A stretch of DNA of 64,000 nucleotides from Minisyncoccota bacterium (GTDB lineage: Bacteria > Patescibacteriota > Minisyncoccia > Phycocordibacterales > Phycocordibacteraceae), in contig JALHOO010000001.1 of assembly GCA_022842945.1 (NCBI GenBank), positions 288,040 to 352,039 on the forward strand, written 5' to 3'. The notes beneath the pieces are model-generated. The model did no database searches and was not told the origin of the DNA. It was given only the letters and a program-made list of their open reading frames with translations. Shown piece after piece: positions 39,977 through 48,308 of the stretch; position 1 is the stretch's first letter; every line of letters starts with the position of its first letter. The translations under genes were made by a program, and so were the position numbers.

Positions 39977-40921
39977 TTACCGGTTGAAGAATGGCGCGAA
40001 GAACCGCGAGGAAGGTGTTGTCACGGGCTCCTCTTCGATTTCTGGAGTACTGGTTGCCGTGGTGGTTGCGGTAGAGGACGCTGAGATGCTCGCAGGTTGC
40101 GCTGAAAAGAGTGTGCTCGACATGGCAGCCGTTGCGTCCATAGAGTCATCCTTACGCAAGAGAGCAAGGTCGACATTCTCCTTTGCTGCCGCTGTGGAGA
40201 GGACTGATTCAAGACGCTCACGAGTTGTAGCAAGGGTTTTCGATTTCTCAAATACACGGTCTGCAAACTGATTTGCAGCACTATCGTCTACACCCGCCCT
40301 AGCGCTCAGCATGCTCTCCTCGCTAGCCCCGTGTGCTGAGAAGCTCTCCACACGCTCCGTGAGGGTTTGCTCGAGGTCCGTGCGCACCGCAAGCGATACT
40401 GCAATCTCGCCCTTAGCTTCAAGCGCGGTTGTCTCTTTCGCAAGCAGGTCTACCTGCGCATCAAAGCGCGATGCGAGGTCTCCCGCGGTTGCCTGATCAA
40501 GCTTTCCTTCTGAGGAAAGTGCCGCTGCTTCCTCTACACGTCGGGACGCAAAACGTGCAGCAAGTCCTGCTTTCTGCTCGCTAGAAAGCGCAAATGTAAG
40601 CGCCATAGGTTCGCTAATCGCTACCTTTATAGGATAGAGCAGGTCTCCGGGCTTGGTGTTCTCTGCTGCAAGACTTGCTTGAGTGCCTCCTGCAACCATA
40701 AGGAGGAGTGCGAGAGTGCCTGCATAGAGGCTGCGAGTGCGTGCGAAGAGACCGAAATAGGGAGAGCGCACTGGTTCTGAAGGACTAGCCTCCATGGAAT
40801 GCAAATCCGCATACGAGGAAAGATCCGCGCGCATGCGCTCTTTAGTGTCCTCAGAGAGCCGTATCGCTCTGAGGTCGTGTATCAAATCTTCTGGAGTACG
40901 GGATGGGTCGTTAGTCGGCAT
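39977..40921 (-). CDS. Putative anti-sigma factor / membrane protein downstream of the ECF sigma factor
   Basis: Overlaps the sigma gene stop by 11 nt. Cytoplasmic N-region, single TM 'AGTLALLLMVAGG', extracytoplasmic coiled-coil region. Confidence 0.5.
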   Translation of the reverse strand: MPTNDPSRTPEDLIHDLRAIRLSEDTKERMRADLSSYADLHSMEASPSEPVRSPYFGLFARTRSLYAGTLALLLMVAGGTQASLAAENTKPGDLLYPIKVAISEPMALTFALSSEQKAGLAARFASRRVEEAAALSSEGKLDQATAGDLASRFDAQVDLLAKETTALEAKGEIAVSLAVRTDLEQTLTERVESFSAHGASEESMLSARAGVDDSAANQFADRVFEKSKTLATTRERLESVLSTAAAKENVDLALLRKDDSMDATAAMSSTLFSAQPASISASSTATTTATSTPEIEEEPVTTPSSRFFAPFFNR

Positions 40922-41414
40922 GTAGCAGGGTGCGCACTTTCTTTATAGCGCGATTCAATCGTACAGAGACAGCATTCGCAGACTCTCCCGTGAGCTCGGC
41001 TATGTCCTTGGGCGAGAGGCCTTCAACGTAACGCATAAGAAGGGCTTCGCGGGACGGATCATCAAGTTCTCCCACGGCACGAAGTGCCTCATCCATCTCA
41101 GCGCTTATCGTTACGTCGCCAGCGCCATCTCCCATGAATTCTATCCCCTCATCTGCAAGTGCGTCGAGTGAGGATTCTTTCTTCTTTCGGTACCAATCAA
41201 TAACGAGATTGCGGGCCATGGTGTAGAGGAGCGCTCGCTCACTACGCATGACCGTACCCTCCCGCAGGGCTTGCCAGAAGCGGGTGAAAACCTCCTGACT
41301 CAGATCCTGTGCGAGCTCCCGGTTGCTTACCCTAAGGTAGCAAAACCAGTATATATCGTCCGCGTAGGTATCGTATATCTGAAGGAAATAGGCCTTTGTC
41401 TCGTCTTGGTCCAT
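40911..41414 (-). CDS. ECF-type sigma-70 family sigma factor
   Basis: Sigma70_r2 'DLSQEVFTRFWQ...RALLYTMARNLVIDWYRKKK' and r4 'LSPKDIAELTGESANAVSVRLNRAIKKVR'. Confidence 0.85.
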   Translation of the reverse strand: MDQDETKAYFLQIYDTYADDIYWFCYLRVSNRELAQDLSQEVFTRFWQALREGTVMRSERALLYTMARNLVIDWYRKKKESSLDALADEGIEFMGDGAGDVTISAEMDEALRAVGELDDPSREALLMRYVEGLSPKDIAELTGESANAVSVRLNRAIKKVRTLLHAD

Positions 41415-41577
41415 AGGGTATGACGTACCGCCGGGCGTACTCTTAGCAAGAGTTCTTGCACACTAAGCCCGGCGGTCTTCCTATACTCGCACACGCCTAG
41501 GCAAGGACCAATACTCGGTTTCTTCATGAAAAGCCCGCACCATCTCTGGTACGGGCTTTCCTCTTCTATCCTTCTGA

Positions 41578-42069
41578 CTAGCGAGACTTCTTTGCTGCCT
41601 TCTTCGCAACCTTCTTCGGAGCTGCCTTCTTCGCAACCTTCTTCGGAGCTGCCTTCTTAACGGTCTTCTTTACAGACGTGGTTGCCTTCTTGGCAGTAGA
41701 GCGAAGTTCCTTCTGGATCTTGTTCCAGTTGCTCTTGAGCTCACCCACTGCGGCACGGAGGTCTCCCGGGGTTACGTCATCAAGTCCCTTGTATGCGCGT
41801 GCAGCCTGGTCAACGATTGCAGCCATTGCAGCCTCGTCGAGCTTCTTAAGCTTCTTGGCTTCACGTACAACATCGTTCTTGAGTCCCTTTGCCCACTTCT
41901 GGGTTGCATTACGGTGCTTCTTAGCGTCCTTTGCACCATAGAAGTAGTAGCTTGCAGCTCCCGCAGCTGCAACAGCTGCAAGTACGCCTGCACCAACCTC
42001 TACCTTCTCAAGTGTGCTCATGCCCTTCTTCTTTGCGGGTGCCTTCTTAACGGTCTTCTTAGTTGCCAT
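41578..42069 (-). CDS. Histone H1-like Lys/Ala-rich basic protein with AAPKKVAKK repeats
   Basis: Lys/Ala-rich N- and C-terminal tails. A 27-bp tandem repeat at 41596-41649 encodes (AAPKKVAKK)x2. Confidence 0.6.
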   Translation of the reverse strand: MATKKTVKKAPAKKKGMSTLEKVEVGAGVLAAVAAAGAASYYFYGAKDAKKHRNATQKWAKGLKNDVVREAKKLKKLDEAAMAAIVDQAARAYKGLDDVTPGDLRAAVGELKSNWNKIQKELRSTAKKATTSVKKTVKKAAPKKVAKKAAPKKVAKKAAKKSR

Positions 42070-42092
42070 ACGTCTGAATTTATACGAAATGA

Positions 42093-42374
42093 TTATGATG
42101 ATGACTTCTTGCGACGCGACTTAGGCTTTACGAAGCCCGTGAGAAGGCTGAGCAACTGCCCTGCCTTCACTGCTTCAGCTTTCACGTTCGCGCGCACCTC
42201 ACGGATGTCGTCCCGGATCTCCTTCGCCTCTTCTTGGACTATCTCAGAAACCTCATCGACAGTCTTAAGAATGCGCAGGAGCCGAATGAGCACCATCACC
42301 AAGAGCACGGACACCACAACAACCGCGACTGAGGTCACGCCGAAGAAAATATCCATCTTGAGAAAGTCATCCAT
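42093..42374 (-). CDS. DUF948-like membrane protein (N-terminal TM + coiled coil)
   Basis: 'IFFGVTSVAVVVVSVLLVMVLIRLLRILKTVDEVSEIVQEEAKEIRDDIREV'. Confidence 0.6.
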   Translation of the reverse strand: MDDFLKMDIFFGVTSVAVVVVSVLLVMVLIRLLRILKTVDEVSEIVQEEAKEIRDDIREVRANVKAEAVKAGQLLSLLTGFVKPKSRRKKSSS

Positions 42375-42443
42375 CCGTCTGTGTATGGTATCCCGCCCGT
42401 AGTGAAGCGCAAGGGTAGCTGTGTATAGAGAACGCCCCGTGAA

Positions 42444-42677
42444 CTAAATATCCCGGACAAAAATGAACCGAGGACCCTTATATTCCACCTCCGGTTTATC
42501 AACCTCGCCCATAAACATCTCAAGCGGACGCACGAAGAATGCCTGATCCGTCTCGTACAAGGGCTTATACAACACCATAGGCTCCTCGGTCTCGGTATGG
42601 AAAGCGATACCCATTACTTCGTAGTGCTTGTTTGCGTCTTTGAAGTGATGGTAGATGCCGGGCTTTGGGGTATTCAT
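42444..42677 (-). CDS. DUF1653 family protein
   Basis: 'YHHFKDANKHYEVMGIAFHTETEEPMVLYKPLY' is the characteristic DUF1653 pattern. 77 aa. Confidence 0.65.
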   Translation of the reverse strand: MNTPKPGIYHHFKDANKHYEVMGIAFHTETEEPMVLYKPLYETDQAFFVRPLEMFMGEVDKPEVEYKGPRFIFVRDI

Positions 42678-42680
42678 ATA

Positions 42681-43103
42681 TTAAAGGTTGTCGATGTAAA
42701 TCTTCCCTTGTAGCCAGCTCTTTATAACCGCTCCACTTGGAAGGAATAGGTTCTCGGGAATCTCATCCGGCGCGCACCAGGTCCAATTGCGCGCTTTCTC
42801 TGACTCCATGGCCACAGGTTCTCCAGACTTCCACTTGGCGAGCATACCGATAGTTACAAAATGCTTTCCGTATACGCGATCGTTCTTCACGCATATCAAA
42901 TCCGTTATTTCTACATCCGTAAGGCCGGTCTCCTCTTCCAGTTCTCTGCGAGCCGTATCTTCAAAAGACTCATCAAATTCCATATGTCCTCCTGGGATAC
43001 TGTATGATCCGGCACCGTGACTAGCGAGACGTTCGCCAATGAGGACTTTTCCGTCTTTAACCACAAGCACCCCTACGCCAACTTTGGGCCGTTCTGTTTC
43101 CAT
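42681..43103 (-). CDS. Nudix hydrolase
   Basis: Nudix box 'GGHMEFDESFEDTARRELEEETGL'. Start taken at METERPKV. Confidence 0.85.
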   Translation of the reverse strand: METERPKVGVGVLVVKDGKVLIGERLASHGAGSYSIPGGHMEFDESFEDTARRELEEETGLTDVEITDLICVKNDRVYGKHFVTIGMLAKWKSGEPVAMESEKARNWTWCAPDEIPENLFLPSGAVIKSWLQGKIYIDNL

Positions 43104-43218
43104 GGAGGAAGTATACCAATGTACGTACGTGCGGTACTGTAGACCTATGAACAAGCCTCGAGGAAGAAGTGCTCCGAAGAAGCAGGTAGAGTCTCAGTCA
43201 ACTGAGGCGGTCTTCCCG

Positions 43219-43917
43219 ATGCGCGTGAACAAGTATCTCGCCATGAAGGGATTCGCGACACGTCGTGAAGCAGACGTACTCGTTGAGAAGAAGAAGGTAC
43301 TCATCAACGGACAGGTAGCGGCTTTGGGAGACAAGGTGAAGGAAACAGACACCGTGGAGCTCCGTGGCCAGACGCGTCCGAAGGCGTACGCGTACATAGC
43401 GTTCAACAAGCCTGCTGGTATGGACACACACCGCGAAGCAACAGGCGAACTAAACGTACTTGATTCCCTTCCAAGCGACTTGAAGCGACTTGCTCTCTTC
43501 CCAGTTGGCAGACTCGACAAGGCTTCGAGCGGCCTTCTTATCCTTACGAACGACGGTCGCGTAACGGATCGTCTGTTGAACCCTAAGTACGCACACGAGA
43601 AGACGTACGATGTAACCACAAAGAAGTCTCTGCGCACGTCCTTCAAAGAGAAGATGGAAGCCGGGGTAGATATCGAAGGCTATATGACGAAGCCCGCAAA
43701 GGTTGAAGTGCTCGCCGCAGACCGCTTCCGCATAACCCTAACGGAAGGCAAGCCACATCAGGTGCGACGCATGGTTGTTGCCCTCTTCAACGAAGTGAAG
43801 AGTCTGAAGCGCTCAAGCATTATGGGTGTGCGCCTTGGTCCCTTGAAGCTTGGGGGCTATCGCCCTATTGAAGGGAAGGAGCTTGAGAAGTTCCTTACGG
43901 ACCTTGGTCTAGCGTAG
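43219..43917 (+). CDS. Pseudouridine synthase, RsuA/RluB family (S4 + PseudoU_synth_2)
   Basis: S4 motif 'MRVNKYLAMKGFATRREADVLV'. Catalytic motif 'LFPVGRLDKASSGLLILTNDG'. Start at 43219, with alternatives upstream at 43147 and 43039. Confidence 0.85.
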   Translation: MRVNKYLAMKGFATRREADVLVEKKKVLINGQVAALGDKVKETDTVELRGQTRPKAYAYIAFNKPAGMDTHREATGELNVLDSLPSDLKRLALFPVGRLDKASSGLLILTNDGRVTDRLLNPKYAHEKTYDVTTKKSLRTSFKEKMEAGVDIEGYMTKPAKVEVLAADRFRITLTEGKPHQVRRMVVALFNEVKSLKRSSIMGVRLGPLKLGGYRPIEGKELEKFLTDLGLA

Positions 43918-44226
43918 ACCCTTTTGCCACTGAGACTCTTTGAGATTAACCTTCGTTCCTTTGAAGGAAACACCTTCGTCGAGAAGCATCGTTCGCTTTG
44001 TGGAGAGTCCTTGTCCGGCACTGTATCCCGTGAGTGCGCCGTTGCTTGCAACAACCCGGTGACACGGGGTCTTTGGAATATCCGGATTGCATCGCATGGC
44101 GAAACCAACCGCTCGTGCTGCTCCGGGACTCCCTGCAAGTAGAGCTATCTGTCCGTACGTAGCAACCTTACCTTTAGGAATGGAGCGCGCAATGGCGTAT
44201 ACCGTTTCCGTAAAGGCAGTGGCCAT
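43909..44226 (-). CDS. ogt: Methylated-DNA--protein-cysteine methyltransferase (DNA-binding/active-site domain)
   Basis: Active-site 'PCHRVV'. Other family matches 'TYGQIA' and 'AARAVGFAMRCNP'. Confidence 0.85.
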   Translation of the reverse strand: MATAFTETVYAIARSIPKGKVATYGQIALLAGSPGAARAVGFAMRCNPDIPKTPCHRVVASNGALTGYSAGQGLSTKRTMLLDEGVSFKGTKVNLKESQWQKGLR

Positions 44227-44228
44227 AG

Positions 44229-44618
44229 TTAGATAAGCGTAAATCCAACGAGACAGAGATACACACCAAGGAGAATCGCAAGGGTACCGCCAAGGTGATA
44301 CCACATACGCACGTTAAAGGTTCTAATAATCCACGACATTATGCGATCTGGCACAAGCAGATACGCTGCTCCTTCAATAACAAGAAGGTAACCGATAGCG
44401 GTAATGATACCCGATGCATAGGAGCTCCAATCCGTATGTGCAATAACAAGGAAGAGACCTGCAAGAAGCTCAAGAATACCCATGAGCATGCGGGTAAGAC
44501 GCTCCTCAACAAACTCGCCGATAACCGGTACAAAGTACTGTTTGCGATACAAAACCGCCGCACCTACTATGATAAGGAAGAGCCCGAGTACCTGTGACAG
44601 AAAAAGTGTTGTTTCCAT
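44229..44618 (-). CDS. Hypothetical 4-TM membrane protein
   Basis: ORF adjacent to ogt. Hydrophobic helices. Confidence 0.5.
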   Translation of the reverse strand: METTLFLSQVLGLFLIIVGAAVLYRKQYFVPVIGEFVEERLTRMLMGILELLAGLFLVIAHTDWSSYASGIITAIGYLLVIEGAAYLLVPDRIMSWIIRTFNVRMWYHLGGTLAILLGVYLCLVGFTLI

Positions 44619-44693
44619 ACGGAAAAGTATATACCCAGAAAGACACTAAAAGGAAAAGGCCCGTGTACGGGCCTTTTCCTACTCGTAGGGAAC

Positions 44694-45119
44694 CTATCCC
44701 TTCCAGACGATGCGGTCGAGGGACCACTTGCCAGCACCTGAGAGCGCGAGCGACGCACTTCCTGCAAGAAGAAGCAGTATAAACTCATACCCTCCGGTAC
44801 TCATGAAGAAGCCGTTTGGAAGGTGCACCATGAAGAGTGCCACGAGTGACACCACAACAAGAGACTTCGCTGCCCAACGAGTAAGGAAGCCAACGATGAG
44901 CATGATACCGCCGAGAAGCTCAGCAGCGATGAGAAGCACTGCGAAGAACTCAGGTGCAGGGAATCCGAGAGACGAAACGAATCCTGCGGTGCCTGCAATT
45001 CCACCCTGGAGCTTCTGCCATCCATGCATAGCAAAGATGACACCCACCGCAAGACGAAGCACGAGCGGTGCGTAGTCGCGCCAGCTATCCATATAAGAGC
45101 ACTGTAAGAATTTCTTCAT
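44694..45119 (-). CDS. DoxX family membrane protein
   Basis: 'LVLRLAVGVIFAMHGWQKL...' gives the DoxX pattern and four TM helices. Confidence 0.75.
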   Translation of the reverse strand: MKKFLQCSYMDSWRDYAPLVLRLAVGVIFAMHGWQKLQGGIAGTAGFVSSLGFPAPEFFAVLLIAAELLGGIMLIVGFLTRWAAKSLVVVSLVALFMVHLPNGFFMSTGGYEFILLLLAGSASLALSGAGKWSLDRIVWKG

Positions 45120-45190
45120 AGAGATACGTAATAAGTAACCTCTTTATTGTATCCCTACTTCAGGAAGGCAATGTGGGGACAGGTGCGTAT

Positions 45191-45445
45191 CTATGGCTTC
45201 TTGCAAAGACCCATCTTCTCCTCGCGAGTGAGCTTCTTAATAGCTGCTTCCCTGATGCAGGCTTCGCTTCTCGTATCAAATGCTTCCTGGTGTACAAGCA
45301 CTACGGGTCTGCGCACGCGTGTGTACTTTGCTCCTTTTGGAGACGTGTTGTGTTCTTCTAAGCGGCGCGTGAGATCTGTGGTTACGCCCGTGTAGAGGGT
45401 GCCGTCAGCGCAGGTGAGGATATAGACGTACCAATCAGAAGACAT
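45191..45445 (-). CDS. GIY-YIG nuclease family protein (UPF0213/YhbQ-like)
   Basis: 'WYVYILTCADGTLYTGVTTDLTRRLEEHN' is the GIY-YIG core. 84 aa. Confidence 0.85.
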   Translation of the reverse strand: MSSDWYVYILTCADGTLYTGVTTDLTRRLEEHNTSPKGAKYTRVRRPVVLVHQEAFDTRSEACIREAAIKKLTREEKMGLCKKP

Positions 45446-45523
45446 GCGATAAGTGTACTCCCTTTGCTCGAGGTGCGAGCTCCCTTACATCAAGACATGA
45501 AGAGCAAATGATAGAATTGTTCT

Positions 45524-46024
45524 ATGGAATCAAGTGACGCAAAGATAAATATTGCGTATATAGACGCAGCCAATCTTGATAGAGCTATTAGAGATCTGCA
45601 GTGGAAGCTGGACTATAAAAAGTTTAGGGTCTGGCTTGCAGATAAATATAAAGTAGAACGCGCATATATTTTTATTGGACTTATCCCAAAGTACAAGGAT
45701 TTGTATACATACTTTCAGGAATGTGGATTTACATTGGTCTTTAAAGAGGTTGTATATCAAGGTAGCGGTGTACCTAAAGGAAATTGTGACACTGACTTAA
45801 TCATGCAGGCCATAGACGATGCGTATGAAGACCGACTTGAGAAGGCTTTACTAATTTCTAGCGATGGAGACTATGCGCCACTCGTAAAGAAGTTACAAGT
45901 ACGCAACCAGTTCCTCGGGATTCTCTCTCCTGCTCCTGCAAAGAAGTGTTCGATTCTATTGAAACGAACAAATGCGCCGATTGCTTATATTAACGACCAG
46001 AAAAAACTTCTGCAGATAAAATAA
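45524..46024 (+). CDS. NYN-domain (LabA-like PIN-fold) protein in an AT-rich island
   Basis: 'YIDAANL...KGNCDTDLIMQAIDDAY...LISSDGDYAPLVKKL' matches the NYN/LabA acidic motif arrangement. AT-rich codon usage. Confidence 0.7.
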   Translation: MESSDAKINIAYIDAANLDRAIRDLQWKLDYKKFRVWLADKYKVERAYIFIGLIPKYKDLYTYFQECGFTLVFKEVVYQGSGVPKGNCDTDLIMQAIDDAYEDRLEKALLISSDGDYAPLVKKLQVRNQFLGILSPAPAKKCSILLKRTNAPIAYINDQKKLLQIK

Positions 46025-46135
46025 AAAGGCCCCCGATGCGGACGAGCCGCATAAGGGTCCTTTTCGTGGTGATACGAGCATTATACTCTTCGAATTCTGA
46101 AGGGTCAATGATATCCCCACCATCCTTAGAGTGGC

Positions 46136-47623
46136 TTATTTAGCGAGATCCAAGACCTCGTCTATCCGGATTTGCTCCACGAACTCAGGAACGTGTGACA
46201 CGAGCACCATAGCGCCTTCGTACTGGTCGAGTGCTTTAGCAATAACCGGGATGTGGCGGAAGTTTATGTGGTTGGTTGGCTCGTCGAGAATGAGGAGACC
46301 TGGCTGCATGAGAACTAACCGCGCGAACGCAACAAGTCCCTTCTGTCCTTCAGAGAGCGCGCCAATCTTCTTGTTGATGGAGTCGCTGGTTATGATGAAG
46401 CTCGCTGCAACCTTGCGCATCTGCTCTTCGTTTGGCTTGTCCATTGCCTGAAGCAAGGACTCGCGCACCGTGTGCTCAAAGTTAAGGGTTGAGAAGTCCT
46501 GTCGGTAGTAGCCAACCTTCACGCTCTTCGTTATGGCAGCGCCCTTAGCGGTGCCGTTCGCCAAAGACTCAAGGAGTGTGGTCTTGCCAATACCGTTAGG
46601 ACCCTTAAGAAGAAGATGCTGTTTCTTCTTCATAACGATGTTTGCAGACTTCTCTTTCGGCTGATGGGTCTTCGGATCAATTATAGAAAGGGAGCTGATG
46701 GTGAGAATCTCTCCTACGATGTCTTCCTGTACGGGAATAACGAACGGGCGAATGGTCTTGTCCTCCTTACGGACATCAACCTTAGACTCCTCCATCTCCT
46801 CAATCTCGTCACGCATCTTCTTTGCAACCACACGCATCTTGCCTCCCTTCTGTGCGAAGAAGTTCGCTTTGTCCTTGTTGTCCTGGATCTTCTTCTCGAG
46901 CTGAGCGTTCTTGCGATTTTCGCGCTCAATACGGGCTGAGATCTCGTTTAGGAGGTCGTAGTAGTTTCCGACGTACTGCTCTACCTTCTTGGTGTGCACA
47001 TCGAGGTAGAGGACGCCGTTCGAGAACGTGTTCAAGAACTCTGCGTCATGGGAAATAACCATAACGGTCTTCTCGTAGGTAAGGAGGAACTTTGTGAGGT
47101 GCTCGATGCCGGCTGTGTCGAGATTGTTCGTAGGCTCGTCAAGCAGAAGGAGGTCTGGGTCCTGAATAAGGGCAGACGCAAGAAGAAGACGTGCCTGCTG
47201 GCCTCCAGAGAAGGTCTTTATGATGCGATCATGCGGCGCATGGAGGTTCACCACCTCAAGCACCTCATCAATCTTTGGATCAATGTCGTACACCTTCTCG
47301 GCAAAACGCTTCTCGAAAAAGGCACGCACGGTAAGTTCCCTGTCTTCCGGCACAATAACCTGGTGCGAAAGGGCAATGGTGAGGCCGCGAGGCGTCTGAA
47401 TCTTTCCGCTCTCAGGCTTTAGCGTCCCTTCGATCATCTTGAAGATAGTGGACTTGCCTGCACCGTTCTGTCCCATGAGGGTAACCTTCATTCCCTTACG
47501 CAACGAGAAGTTAACCTCCGTAACAATAGGGTAGTTGTGCCCGTAGTTGAACGAGACGTCCTCAAAGCGCAAGACCGCTTCTTGCGGTCCATTACTTGTC
47601 TTTGCTGGTGCGTTCGGCGCCAT
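46136..47623 (-). CDS. ABC-F family ATPase (two tandem ABC domains, no TMD)
   Basis: Two Walker A motifs ('GQNGAGKST', 'GPNGIGKTT'), two 'LSGG/LSEG' signatures, and an inter-domain charged linker. 495 aa. Confidence 0.85.
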   Translation of the reverse strand: MAPNAPAKTSNGPQEAVLRFEDVSFNYGHNYPIVTEVNFSLRKGMKVTLMGQNGAGKSTIFKMIEGTLKPESGKIQTPRGLTIALSHQVIVPEDRELTVRAFFEKRFAEKVYDIDPKIDEVLEVVNLHAPHDRIIKTFSGGQQARLLLASALIQDPDLLLLDEPTNNLDTAGIEHLTKFLLTYEKTVMVISHDAEFLNTFSNGVLYLDVHTKKVEQYVGNYYDLLNEISARIERENRKNAQLEKKIQDNKDKANFFAQKGGKMRVVAKKMRDEIEEMEESKVDVRKEDKTIRPFVIPVQEDIVGEILTISSLSIIDPKTHQPKEKSANIVMKKKQHLLLKGPNGIGKTTLLESLANGTAKGAAITKSVKVGYYRQDFSTLNFEHTVRESLLQAMDKPNEEQMRKVAASFIITSDSINKKIGALSEGQKGLVAFARLVLMQPGLLILDEPTNHINFRHIPVIAKALDQYEGAMVLVSHVPEFVEQIRIDEVLDLAK

Positions 47624-47700
47624 AGTCTTCCTATCCTACACTATTTGTGTCGTATTGATAAGCGGGAGGTTGGAGCAAGCCTGGCTAATTCAAAATCACA

Positions 47701-47722
47701 AGTCTGGGACGATGCTGGAACC
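47701..47722 (+). repeat. Conserved intergenic element, copy C (agtctgggacgatgctggaacc)
   Basis: 21 of 22 positions match the core of copy D. Confidence 0.85.
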
Positions 47723-47779
47723 ATATATGCAAAACCGCCCCAATCATCGTAGCTGGGGCGGCAGGATAGACAAACTATA

Positions 47780-48190
47780 TCAATGAGCAGGAGTCAGGGT
47801 GTAAAGCTGATCAACTGTTGCTGAACGTTCCGCTTTGGTTATGTACAATTCCCAGGTAATAACTAGGTTTCCGGATGGGAAAACTAATTTGAGCATCAGC
47901 TCACTATCATCTGGGTTTTGTTGGAAGGCAGTATCGATCTCAACGCAGAGAGCAATAAGGCCCATTTCAAGAAGACTCGAAATCCTCAGACAGGTGTCCT
48001 TAGAGGTTGTGGCGAGACCGTAACGCTTGTTCGTACTGAGATCAGTGCACCAGAATCGATACACACGAACTCCCAGTTCCTCTCTGGCCACCAAAGCATC
48101 CATAAGAATGGTTTGATTGCCGGTTAGACTCTCAGTCGAGCTAGCTTTCTTAGCTTTCAATGTAAGCGTTTGCACTGCAACTCTCCTCAT
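47780..48190 (-). CDS. Hypothetical protein (136 aa) in an AT-rich island
   Basis: AT-rich ORF followed on the minus strand by hairpin 'ccgcccca...tggggcgg' and the conserved repeat element. Confidence 0.4.
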   Translation of the reverse strand: MRRVAVQTLTLKAKKASSTESLTGNQTILMDALVAREELGVRVYRFWCTDLSTNKRYGLATTSKDTCLRISSLLEMGLIALCVEIDTAFQQNPDDSELMLKLVFPSGNLVITWELYITKAERSATVDQLYTLTPAH

Positions 48191-48308
48191 TAGCAGAATC
48201 CACGGTAACGTCGCTAACCCGTATACCTGCTTGAATGATCAATACGACGTTATGCTTATTTAATATTAAATTCAGTGCAAGTCAATTCCTGGCAAACTAG
48301 GTATCAAA

